A stretch of 64,000 bases of DNA from SAR86 cluster bacterium (lineage in GTDB: Bacteria > Pseudomonadota > Gammaproteobacteria > Magnimaribacterales > D2472), in assembly GCA_023703655.1 (NCBI GenBank), contig CP097973.1:276813-340812 (forward strand). The letters run 5' to 3'. The number at the start of each line of letters is the position of its first letter. Positions within the stretch are counted from its first letter, which is position 1. Shown here one piece after another: positions 17,919 through 27,144 of the stretch. The notes below the pieces were generated by a model. The model had not been told where the DNA came from and did not search any database. It saw only the letters and a list, made by a program, of their open reading frames with translations. The position numbers and the translations under genes are program-made.

Positions 17919-20293
17919 GAGCTTTTTTAAAATTTTCTATTAGTTTTATCTTAGCAATTTGTCTCTTTTTTTTATTAATTTCATTTTTGCTTACTTTCAA
18001 TACTGAGCGTCTAATAAAACTCGTCGATAACAGATTTCTAGAAGATTTAAGGATTTCACCACAAAATATAACTCTCCATTACTCTGGAATTTATCCTGGA
18101 TTTGAGATAGAAACTTTAGAAATAAGAAATAACAATAATGTAAAAATACTCACCTTAAATGATGTTTCTTTTAACATAAATTTGTTTAAATCACTCATTA
18201 ACTTCAATGCTATTTTTCAAAAAGTAAATTTTGAAATATTTGGGTTTATTAATACTCTTAGGGGACTTCATATTAAAGAGAATCTACTTTTCATAGAAGA
18301 TTTTTATGTTAAATATGATGACTTTGATTTTATATTTTTTGAGTCAGTAATTCAAAATCAAAAAAATTTATACTCACTGAAGTCAAAGTCTGGAAAAATT
18401 GCTGAGTTACCTTCAGGAAGTATTGACTTAGAGTTTAATCAAGAGGCCAAAGTTTTATTTTTTAGATCTGAACATAACTTAAAATCTAAAGATTTAGAAG
18501 AATTTATAACTGCAAGAAGTTTTAAGTCATTAGAAACATCCACAGTATCAGATATAAATTTCATTCATTCCGGGTATTACGAGATTGAAAACAATAAAAT
18601 CAAACAAAGATTTAAGTTACAAAAAGTAATTCACTCAGAAATAAAAATTTTAAATAAAAGTCTAGTCATTGTTGATGGAGATCTTTTTCTTGAAAATTTC
18701 AATGATCTTTCTGGAGTAATTAATGCAAATTACTCCTCTGAAGAATTAGCTTTTAACATTGATGGTAAGAATTTAACAACTTTACCAAATTTAAGTTTGA
18801 GCACTGCGATTGAATTAGATATTGAAAGTATTCTTGATAGAACTGCTATATATACTGCCAGTGGTAAAACAAAGATGAATATTAAAATTGTTAATAAAAA
18901 TGGAGAATCCAAAGTTTTTTTTAAGAGTAACTTGAAAGGCATATCAATAGACTCCCCATTTTCTTATTTACAAAAAAGAAAAAATGCTGTGTTAGCTACT
19001 GAGGGTAATGTTTCAAATTTTTTTGCACCCAAGGTTCAGCTATCAAACAAAAAATATGCAATATCTTTACATGATATAAAAAATTTGTATGGAGATATTT
19101 TTATTGGCACAAATGATCTCAACTTGGAGAGTAACAATTTAACTAAATCATTGAATATTTTTATTGATGTCGAAAATTTTGATTTAGATGAATACTTATT
19201 GATGTCAAATAATCTTAATCAATCATCCAGATTCATTCAGACATTAAATATTTTGTTTGATATTAAAAAACTTCGAATGTATGACAAAAATTATTATAAA
19301 TCTTCAGGATCATTGAAATTTGATAATGACTCATTAAAGATTAGTTTCATTAAAGGCGATTTATTAGGAGACATAAATACTGACCTCAAAAGAAATTTAG
19401 ACATCAACCTAAGCGGCTTAAATATTGATTCCAATAAATTTAATATTGCTCGACCAAAGACACAATCTATTAATGATTTTACTATCAATCTAAGCTTGAA
19501 AGACTCTGTGATTGACTCTTATAAAATTAAAAATTTTTCATCATCAATTTACATTAATGGGTCGGATTTTGAGATACGAGATTTAGAGATGAATTCAAAT
19601 ATCTTAAAGGTTCTTAGTAGTTCACAGGACACATATTTTATATACAAGGAAGACAGCAATTCTAATGAGATTAAAGGACATTTTCAGATAGCAAACATGA
19701 ATAGCATTCCTTTTCTTTATATAGATGAAAAGTTTTCTGTTGGATATTCTGATTTGCTGATTGATTTGAAATTCAATGAATACAAAGATTTTTACAATCT
19801 GCAAGGAAATATAGATATTTTATTGAAAGATTTTTCTTTAAGTAGCTTTTTACCAAATTCGAACATATTAAATATAGTAGGAATTTTTAATTTAAGGAAT
19901 ATTCTTGGTAAGGTTGCCAATTTAGACTTGAGCCTTCAGGAGTTTGCACAAACAGAGATAAATAGGCTAGAAACAAATATTATTATTGATGAAGATGGCT
20001 TATTTATCAGAGATCAGATGGTATTAGACACAAATTCAGCAAAAATGCTTTGGAGAGGCAGTATTAATAAAAATGACTCTCAATATCTAGAAGAATTAGA
20101 TTTATATTTAAAAATGCGATTAAGAGTAGGTGAAAATATTCCATGGTATGCGGGAATATTTGGGGGGTTACCAGTCGCAGCCAGCGCCTATATTTTTAGA
20201 GAAGTATTCGAATCAGACATTGATGAGGCAACCACTTTTGAATTCGATGTTGTTGGTAGTATTAATAATCCTCAAATTAAAAGAATTAATTAA
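17915..20293 (+). CDS. YhdP/AsmA-like envelope protein (short form, 792 aa)
   Basis: N-terminal TM anchor and a long low-complexity beta-rich body. The C-terminus (PWYAGIFGGLPVAASAYIFREVF...FEFDVVGSINNPQIKRIN) looks like the YhdP/AsmA-family C-terminal motif. It lies downstream of mreBCD, as E. coli yhdP does. Confidence 0.6.
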   Translation: MRAFLKFSISFILAICLFFLLISFLLTFNTERLIKLVDNRFLEDLRISPQNITLHYSGIYPGFEIETLEIRNNNNVKILTLNDVSFNINLFKSLINFNAIFQKVNFEIFGFINTLRGLHIKENLLFIEDFYVKYDDFDFIFFESVIQNQKNLYSLKSKSGKIAELPSGSIDLEFNQEAKVLFFRSEHNLKSKDLEEFITARSFKSLETSTVSDINFIHSGYYEIENNKIKQRFKLQKVIHSEIKILNKSLVIVDGDLFLENFNDLSGVINANYSSEELAFNIDGKNLTTLPNLSLSTAIELDIESILDRTAIYTASGKTKMNIKIVNKNGESKVFFKSNLKGISIDSPFSYLQKRKNAVLATEGNVSNFFAPKVQLSNKKYAISLHDIKNLYGDIFIGTNDLNLESNNLTKSLNIFIDVENFDLDEYLLMSNNLNQSSRFIQTLNILFDIKKLRMYDKNYYKSSGSLKFDNDSLKISFIKGDLLGDINTDLKRNLDINLSGLNIDSNKFNIARPKTQSINDFTINLSLKDSVIDSYKIKNFSSSIYINGSDFEIRDLEMNSNILKVLSSSQDTYFIYKEDSNSNEIKGHFQIANMNSIPFLYIDEKFSVGYSDLLIDLKFNEYKDFYNLQGNIDILLKDFSLSSFLPNSNILNIVGIFNLRNILGKVANLDLSLQEFAQTEINRLETNIIIDEDGLFIRDQMVLDTNSAKMLWRGSINKNDSQYLEELDLYLKMRLRVGENIPWYAGIFGGLPVAASAYIFREVFESDIDEATTFEFDVVGSINNPQIKRIN

Positions 20294-21644
20294 CCAGAAA
20301 GATTGTTGCTAACCCTAAAAATGAAAAGAAACCAATTACATCTGTAACAGTTGTTACGACAACACTACCTGCAATAGCCGGATCTTGATTAAGTTTATTA
20401 AGAATGATTGGCACAAAAATTCCTGCGATAACAGAGCTAACAAGGTTTATTACAATTGCTGCACAAATTAGTATTGATATAAGTAATTCTTGAAACCAGA
20501 AGTATGTAACAATTGAAATCAAAATTGACAAAAAAATTCCATTTAGAATTGATACGAATAATTCTCTTCTAAATAGCCAGTTTAAGTTAGAGCTTTTTAT
20601 TTGCTCAAGAGACAATCCTCTTATAACGATTGTAAGTGTTTGAGTAGCTGCGACGCCACCCATGCTTGCGACTATAGGCATCAGCACAGCTAAATATACA
20701 AATTTATCAATTGTTGTTTGAAAAAGATTTATTGTTGCTGCAGCTATAAAAGCAGTTAATAAGTTAATCGATAACCATAAAGCTCTTGATTTTGCAGCTC
20801 TTCCCGGAGGTGCAAAAGTATCTTCAGCTATTCCTGTCAAACCAATAAGATTTTGGTCTGCATCTTCAATTATTACATCAACCACATCATCGACAGTAAT
20901 CCTTCCAAGCAACTTCATATCTTCATCAACCACTGGAGCAGAAACTAAATCATTTTGCTCGAATAGTTTTGCTACTTCTTTATCATTTGTATCAGCAGCA
21001 ATCGGCTTCACTTCAGTTTCCATTAACTCTCTGACAGTAAGACTAGGCTCAGATACTAAAAGTTTAGATACTGGTAATTCTCCTAGATATTTATCATCTC
21101 TTGAGACAACAAATATTTTGTCAGTATTGTTGGGTAATTCCTTTTTACTTCTCAGATATCTCATTACAACTTCAAGCGAATGTCTTGGCCTCACACTTAT
21201 AACATCAGTATTTAATAATCCACCTGCTGAGTCTTCAGAATATTCAAGAACGGTCCTAATTCTTTCGCTATCCCTTCTAGCAATTTTTGATAGCACACTT
21301 TCCACTTTTACCTTAGGTAAATTTTGTAAGATATCAACTAGTTCATCTACTTCTAAGTCTGAGATTATCTTGACCAATTCATCAGATTTAATTTCAGCCA
21401 TCAATTCTTGTTGTATTTCATCATGAAGTTCTGCAAGGATTTCGCCTTCAGCAGAGGTATCAAGCAAGGACCAAATTAACCTACGCTCTTTTGGTGGAAG
21501 AGATTCAATTGTATGCGCAACCGCTGATGGATTCATTTCTTGCAGTTGTAAAGAGATTTGGTTTAAAGATATTTTTGCATCATTATCGGAAATACTTTTG
21601 ATTAATTCATTCGTATTTATATCTGAATTCTGCTTATCATTCAT
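20286..21644 (-). CDS. mgtE: magnesium transporter MgtE
   Basis: MgtE N-domain, CBS pair, and a C-terminal 5-TM domain containing the PIVASMGG motif. Confidence 0.92.
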   Translation of the reverse strand: MNDKQNSDINTNELIKSISDNDAKISLNQISLQLQEMNPSAVAHTIESLPPKERRLIWSLLDTSAEGEILAELHDEIQQELMAEIKSDELVKIISDLEVDELVDILQNLPKVKVESVLSKIARRDSERIRTVLEYSEDSAGGLLNTDVISVRPRHSLEVVMRYLRSKKELPNNTDKIFVVSRDDKYLGELPVSKLLVSEPSLTVRELMETEVKPIAADTNDKEVAKLFEQNDLVSAPVVDEDMKLLGRITVDDVVDVIIEDADQNLIGLTGIAEDTFAPPGRAAKSRALWLSINLLTAFIAAATINLFQTTIDKFVYLAVLMPIVASMGGVAATQTLTIVIRGLSLEQIKSSNLNWLFRRELFVSILNGIFLSILISIVTYFWFQELLISILICAAIVINLVSSVIAGIFVPIILNKLNQDPAIAGSVVVTTVTDVIGFFSFLGLATIFLVN

Positions 21645-21683
21645 TGCATGATTTTAACTTAATAATTAAATATCTTTTGGGCC

Positions 21684-22925
21684 TTAACTAAATTTAGATT
21701 TTTTTCTGTATTTATTTATTGTTCTTCTTGCCAGATTGAATCCTTTTTTATTAAGTATGTTAGTAATCATTTGATCACTTATTCTTGATTTTGATGCATC
21801 AATTATTTTCTCAATTTCTCTGATTAGATTTGTACTTGATACCTTTTTTGATCTTGAAACCGATGAAACTAGAAGTGATTTAAATGGAATAATACCACCA
21901 TCATATTGAATATATTTTGATTTAAGAATTCTTGAAACAGTTGAGTTAGAAAGTCCTAGCTCTTTAGCAATTTCATTACCGGCTAATGGTTCAATATCAA
22001 CGGCTTGTTTGCTCAAGAACCTTTTCTGTCTTTCACATATAAATTTTGCAACCCTATAAACATTCTCATTTCTTCTGTCGATTGATCTGATAAAGGATTT
22101 TGCATCATTAGCTTTACCAATTAGTTTTGTATTGGGCTTATCTTTACTGTTTTTAACATTCATATAGAGTTCGCTATCAAAGGCAATATTAGGCATGCCA
22201 CTCTTAAGAAAATTTACTTCAAATCCATTCTGATTTTTCCGTATTTCAACGTCAGGCAACACAAATTCATTTTTTTTGTAATTTAGCCCAGGACTTAGAT
22301 CACATTCTCTTATAATATCTAGAGCATTTTTTATATCCAATGATTTATATTTCATTTTTAAAGTATTCTCAATTTCTTCAAAAGTATTAAGATTACTTAC
22401 ACTTAAAATTTCATTAATAATTTCTTTATAAATACTTTTAATTTCCATCTTACTGGTCTGGATAGCTATCATTTCTTTAAAATCCCTTGCTCCGATTCCA
22501 GGTGGATCAAAATCATGAATTACATAAAAAAGATTTCTAAGAATATCTTTCTTTGGATATTTGAATTCTAATATCTCTTCAATTTCATCAATCTCAGAAT
22601 CCAAAATACCATTTTCATCGATTGAATAAATTATGGCAGAGCATATGGCTCTATCATTTGAATTAACTTTTTTTTCGTTAAGCTGTTGGATGAGGTAGTC
22701 ATATAATCCACCTTCTTCTTCTATTGAATCTAAATCTCGTTCCTTACTGTAAAAATCGTCATAATCGGAATCATTTAACAGAAACGGATTTTCATTTATT
22801 GAATCTTTGATCGTCTGGAGTAACTCATTTCTTGAAAGCTGCAATAACTCTATTGATTTTCTTAAAGAAGGTGTTATGGCCAGTTTTTGAGATAGATTTA
22901 TGTTTCTGACAAGCTTTATGTTCAT
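21684..22925 (-). CDS. rpoN: RNA polymerase sigma-54 factor (short, 413 aa)
   Basis: C-terminal RpoN box ARRTINKYR, HTH region, position after lptB. Confidence 0.9.
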   Translation of the reverse strand: MNIKLVRNINLSQKLAITPSLRKSIELLQLSRNELLQTIKDSINENPFLLNDSDYDDFYSKERDLDSIEEEGGLYDYLIQQLNEKKVNSNDRAICSAIIYSIDENGILDSEIDEIEEILEFKYPKKDILRNLFYVIHDFDPPGIGARDFKEMIAIQTSKMEIKSIYKEIINEILSVSNLNTFEEIENTLKMKYKSLDIKNALDIIRECDLSPGLNYKKNEFVLPDVEIRKNQNGFEVNFLKSGMPNIAFDSELYMNVKNSKDKPNTKLIGKANDAKSFIRSIDRRNENVYRVAKFICERQKRFLSKQAVDIEPLAGNEIAKELGLSNSTVSRILKSKYIQYDGGIIPFKSLLVSSVSRSKKVSSTNLIREIEKIIDASKSRISDQMITNILNKKGFNLARRTINKYRKKSKFS

Positions 22926-23642
22926 CTAATCAAATGATTTACCCAAATATCTTTTTTTAATTACTTCATTTGCAGTGATTTCGTTTTTATTACCTGACAT
23001 AAATACTGAGCCATCGAATAAGATATTAGATCTGTCACATATATTGAGGGTATCTCTAACATTATGATCAGTAATCAAAATAGATATCCCATCATTTTTA
23101 AGATTTAGCAAAATTTGTTTTATTTCTTCAACAACTATGGGATCAACGCCTGAGAATGGCTCATCAAGCAGTACAAGATTTGGTTCAGTTAATAACATTC
23201 TAGCTATTTCTGTTTTTCTTCTTTCTCCACCTGACAACATTCTGCCAGTTTTATCTAAAATATTTGTCAATTGAAACTTCTCTATTATGTTATTAACCTC
23301 GTTATCACCGACTGGTTGGTCAATTAGTTGGATTGTTCCATAAAGGTTTTGTGAAACAGTTAAATCCTCAAAAATTGATGATTCTTGAGGCAAGTAAGCT
23401 AAACCTCTTTGACATCTAGCATACATTGGGAGGTCACATATTTCCTCATCATTGTAAATAATTGATCCAGAGTTGATGTGAGTAATGCCCGCGATTGAAT
23501 AAAATGTTGTAGTCTTGCCTGCACCGTTAGGGCCGAGCAAACCAACAATTTCACCTTTGTCAATATTTAAAGAAACGTCAGATAAAATTTGCTTGTTATC
23601 TATGCTTTTACAAATATTTCTGACTTTAAGTAAATTTGTCAT
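22926..23642 (-). CDS. lptB: LPS export ABC transporter ATPase LptB
   Basis: Walker A GPNGAGKTT, ABC signature LSGGERR, Walker B LLDEP. Conserved lptA-lptB-rpoN order. Confidence 0.95.
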   Translation of the reverse strand: MTNLLKVRNICKSIDNKQILSDVSLNIDKGEIVGLLGPNGAGKTTTFYSIAGITHINSGSIIYNDEEICDLPMYARCQRGLAYLPQESSIFEDLTVSQNLYGTIQLIDQPVGDNEVNNIIEKFQLTNILDKTGRMLSGGERRKTEIARMLLTEPNLVLLDEPFSGVDPIVVEEIKQILLNLKNDGISILITDHNVRDTLNICDRSNILFDGSVFMSGNKNEITANEVIKKRYLGKSFD

Positions 23643-24034
23643 TTTGTTGAAATGGAATATGTAATTTCATCTGAATTTAGATTTAATTCATCTGTTAATA
23701 AAATCGCATTACCTAACAATTTTATATTTCTAGTGGGATTAAATACTATATTTTCAGCAGAGCCTTTGATTTGCTCAGGAAAAAAAATTTCTATGCTTGC
23801 CGGTTCTCCTGAAAATTCAATAATTTCACTTTTTAAAAAAATTTTTGCTGAATTACTTTTTATGTTTAGGTCTTCAGAAATAATTGACACATCTGTCTCA
23901 AGATAAATAATTTCGTTCTTAGGATCATAAAAAACTTTATTTGAAGTTATCTCTAAGTCTTCTCTATCAATTTGTGAATATAAGCACAAACTACACAAGC
24001 TAAGTAATAATTTGATTAGAAAATTGAATTGCAC
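23639..24034 (-). CDS. lptA: OstA-N/LptA-like periplasmic LPS transport protein (131 aa)
   Basis: N-terminal hydrophobic leader and a beta-jellyroll repeat pattern (I.S......D...N......V.I, LLGNA.L, I.SDEITY) in the lptA slot. Whether it is LptA or LptC cannot be settled by eye. Confidence 0.65.
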   Translation of the reverse strand: MQFNFLIKLLLSLCSLCLYSQIDREDLEITSNKVFYDPKNEIIYLETDVSIISEDLNIKSNSAKIFLKSEIIEFSGEPASIEIFFPEQIKGSAENIVFNPTRNIKLLGNAILLTDELNLNSDEITYSISTK

Positions 24035-25002
24035 TAAATAATTCCTGCCTCAAGCAAGGTATGCATTGTGATAACACTTGGACCTGAATTATTTTTAACA
24101 ATCAAAGTAAAAATCTTATTTTGTTCCATTAGCTTTGCCGCTTCTGTGGCTAGAGCTTTTGAATCAACACTTACGTATTGTTTTGTCATCACATCATTTA
24201 TCTTTACTTTATCAAGTTTTGTGTTTTCATTTAAAAATCTCCTTAAATCTCCGTCAGTGAAGATTCCTATGATTTTTTTCCCGTCTTGAACTAACGTAAT
24301 ACCTAATTTTTTTGAGGATATTTCAATTATAGCTTCGCTTATAAGCGTATTTTTCTTAACTATGGGAACTTTTTTTCCGGTAATTGCTAAGTCAGAAACG
24401 AGGGTTGTTAACTTTTTTCCAAGTGATCCAGCAGGATGACTCTTCGCAAAGTCCTCAGGAGAAAATTTTCTAGCTTCAAGTAGAGATATTGCAAGTGCAT
24501 CGCCTACAACCAAAAAAGATGTTGTTGATGTTGTGGGTGCTAAATTATGAGGACAAGCTTCTTTTAATATTTTTATTTCAATATGAATATCTGATGCTTT
24601 CGCGATGGAAGATTTTTTAGAATTTGTAATTGAGCAAACACTTTTTATTTTTTTTCTTAATGCAGGCAAAATAGAAATTATCTCATTTGTTTCTCCAGAA
24701 TTTGAAAAAATTAAGATCAAATCATTTTTATCTATCATGCCCAGATCACCATGAGCTGCTTCAGTTGGATGAATAAAGAAAGATGGTGTCCCAGTGCTAG
24801 CTAAAGTCGCAGATACCTTCTCAGCTATATGTCCAGATTTACCAACCCCCATTAAAATTAATTTGCCTTTAATTTTAAGAATTTTTTTGCACAAATCTTC
24901 AAAATCAGAATTTATTTGATTTTCAAGAAATTTAATGGACTCTGCCTGAATACAAATAGATTCTCTAGCAGATTTTAATAAGCGTTCATTATCCATAAAC
25001 AA
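24034..25002 (-). CDS. kdsD: arabinose-5-phosphate isomerase KdsD (SIS + CBS pair)
   Basis: GVGKSGHIAEK SIS motif and a C-terminal CBS pair. Confidence 0.92.
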   Translation of the reverse strand: MFMDNERLLKSARESICIQAESIKFLENQINSDFEDLCKKILKIKGKLILMGVGKSGHIAEKVSATLASTGTPSFFIHPTEAAHGDLGMIDKNDLILIFSNSGETNEIISILPALRKKIKSVCSITNSKKSSIAKASDIHIEIKILKEACPHNLAPTTSTTSFLVVGDALAISLLEARKFSPEDFAKSHPAGSLGKKLTTLVSDLAITGKKVPIVKKNTLISEAIIEISSKKLGITLVQDGKKIIGIFTDGDLRRFLNENTKLDKVKINDVMTKQYVSVDSKALATEAAKLMEQNKIFTLIVKNNSGPSVITMHTLLEAGII

Positions 25003-25034
25003 ATATTACATCATCGTAATGTTATAATGAAAAT

Positions 25035-25655
25035 ATGCGTAAATTTTTTTATAGCATATCTCTTTTCATTTCAATAGCTTTTTTTAGCTCCCAGGAAATT
25101 CAGGGCGATGATATTAATAATCCTGAGATTTATGTTGATACTAAAGCTCAACAGATGGTTAGTGTAATTGTAAATAATCAAGATTTGTTTAAAGAAAATC
25201 CTGAAGATTTTAAAAAACTTATTAAAGATATATTTGAGCCTATGGTTGATTTTCGAAGAGTCTCCGCCTTGGTAATGAGTAAAAAATATTATTTGTCTGC
25301 AACACCTGAACAAAGATCAGCTTTTATAGAGATTTTTAAAAACTCTTTGTTAGATACTTATTCTTCAACACTTGCAGAATGGGGAGATCAAGAAATAGTA
25401 ACTATGTTTTCAGCTGATATAGAATTTAAAAAAAATGTTGAAGTAAAACAAATGCTTGTTACCAATTCTTCAGAGTACCCAATTACATACAAGCTTAGGT
25501 TAGGTAAAAATGGATATAAAATAATTAATATAGTGGTGAATGGGGTTAATTTAGGACTTACATTTAGAAATCAGTTCAAAGCATTGGCAGATAAACATGA
25601 TGAGAATATTGATGCAATTATTTCAGAGTGGAAGTCTGATGCAAACATTTACTAA
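25035..25655 (+). CDS. mlaC: phospholipid-binding periplasmic protein MlaC (Ttg2D family)
   Basis: Signal peptide plus alignment to E. coli MlaC (YYLSATPEQRSAF versus YYKSATPAQREAY; VNGVNLGLTFRNQF versus AEGVSMITTKQNEW). Confidence 0.8.
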   Translation: MRKFFYSISLFISIAFFSSQEIQGDDINNPEIYVDTKAQQMVSVIVNNQDLFKENPEDFKKLIKDIFEPMVDFRRVSALVMSKKYYLSATPEQRSAFIEIFKNSLLDTYSSTLAEWGDQEIVTMFSADIEFKKNVEVKQMLVTNSSEYPITYKLRLGKNGYKIINIVVNGVNLGLTFRNQFKALADKHDENIDAIISEWKSDANIY

Positions 25656-25657
25656 AC

Positions 25658-25888
25658 ATGAATGAAGAGAAAATACGATCAAGTATCTTAAATGTTCTCC
25701 CAGACGCATTTATTTCTTTCCATGAAAAGGACTGTAATTTTAAGATTAAAATTATTTCTAAACAATTCACTGGATTAAATATCATGCAGAGACATAAATT
25801 AATTTTAGGTGCTCTTGAGAAATTTATTAAATCGGGTGAATTACACGCTGTTAGTCTTGAGACACTATTGCCTGCAGAACATAATTAA
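25658..25888 (+). CDS. ibaG: BolA-family protein (IbaG/YrbA-like)
   Basis: 76 aa, BolA-like RH...L motif region (MQRHKLILGAL), directly upstream of murA as in E. coli. Confidence 0.75.
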   Translation: MNEEKIRSSILNVLPDAFISFHEKDCNFKIKIISKQFTGLNIMQRHKLILGALEKFIKSGELHAVSLETLLPAEHN

Positions 25889-27144
25889 TGGAAAAACTAA
25901 GAATTATTGGTGGTGAAAGCCTGCAGGGTGAAATCAACTGCTCTGGCTCAAAGAATGCAGCGCTCCCAATTATTGCAGCCTCAATAATGTCAGATAAAAA
26001 GATCATTATTGAAAACCTTCCCTACCTTCAAGATATCACAACTATGTTTGAATTAATGGGATCTATGGGTGCAGAAATCATTTTGGATGAGACTATGAAT
26101 TTTTCAATTTCCACAGCAAATCTAAATAATTTTGAAGCACGATATGAATTAGTTAAAACTATGCGTGCTTCGATCCTTGTATTGGGTGCTTTGTTGGGCA
26201 AGTATGGTACTGCAAAAATTGCTCTACCTGGCGGTTGTGCTATTGGTACTCGACCTGTTAACTATCATTTAGATGGCCTTAGAAAACTAGGAGCTGATAT
26301 TGAGATCAGAAATGGTTACATTCATGCATCATGCAAGAGATTAGTAGGGACCAATCTTAAATTTGAGGGCATGACAGTCACTGGAACTGAAAATTTAATA
26401 ATGGCGGCAACCTTAGCCGAAGGTACTACTAGACTAAAAAATGTTGCTAAAGAACCTGAGATTATTGATTTAGCAAATTTTTTAAATATTCTTGGTGCAA
26501 ACATTAAAGGTGCTGGTACTGACGAAATTATTATTGAAGGTGTAGATGAATTATCTGGAGGAAGATTTTCAATTCCTTTTGATAGAATTGAGGCTGGAAC
26601 ATATCTAGCAGCCGCAGTTGCAACAAAAGGAAATATAAGAATCAATAAAATAGATTCATCTAGAATGGGAAACATGATTGAAAAATTTCAGTTAATGGGC
26701 GCATTTGTTGAGTTAAACGCAAATTCTATTCATATCAAAATGGAGAAAAATATTAAGCCAGTTGATGTAATTACTGAGCCTTTCCCAGGCTTCCCTACAG
26801 ACATGCAAGCACAATTTACACTTATCAATTCTGTTGCAAATGGAAGTGCTACTGTGACAGAAAAAATATTTGAAAATCGTTTCATGCATGTTCAAGAACT
26901 TGTACGTATGGGTTGCGATATAACGGTAAATGGAAACAGCGCCTTTATAAATGGAGTTAAAAAGATTTATGGAGCGCAGGTTATGGCAACAGATTTGAGG
27001 GCATCAGCATGTTTGATTTTAGCAGGTTTATGTGCCGTGGGAGAGACAATTGTTGACAGGGTATACCACATTGATAGGGGATATGAGCGTATTGAAGAAA
27101 AATTATCTTACCTTGGAGCAAATATTGAGAGATTGCCTAGATAG
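25888..27144 (+). CDS. murA: UDP-N-acetylglucosamine 1-carboxyvinyltransferase
   Basis: Full-length MurA similarity, including the active-site loop LPGGCAIGTRPV. Confidence 0.96.
   Translation: MEKLRIIGGESLQGEINCSGSKNAALPIIAASIMSDKKIIIENLPYLQDITTMFELMGSMGAEIILDETMNFSISTANLNNFEARYELVKTMRASILVLGALLGKYGTAKIALPGGCAIGTRPVNYHLDGLRKLGADIEIRNGYIHASCKRLVGTNLKFEGMTVTGTENLIMAATLAEGTTRLKNVAKEPEIIDLANFLNILGANIKGAGTDEIIIEGVDELSGGRFSIPFDRIEAGTYLAAAVATKGNIRINKIDSSRMGNMIEKFQLMGAFVELNANSIHIKMEKNIKPVDVITEPFPGFPTDMQAQFTLINSVANGSATVTEKIFENRFMHVQELVRMGCDITVNGNSAFINGVKKIYGAQVMATDLRASACLILAGLCAVGETIVDRVYHIDRGYERIEEKLSYLGANIERLPR

Noticed and set aside
26322-26675. 117-aa antisense ORF inside murA. Similar shadow ORFs occur inside mreB (15822-16121, 16227-16523), mgtE (21118-21426), prfA (6794-7108), gatA (14426-14903) and the petB, dnaB and alr antisense strands.
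   Set aside because: All lie entirely within strongly conserved genes on the opposite strand or in another frame. They have low-complexity Ser/Pro/Ile-rich products and no SD or independent support. They are typical shadow ORFs.
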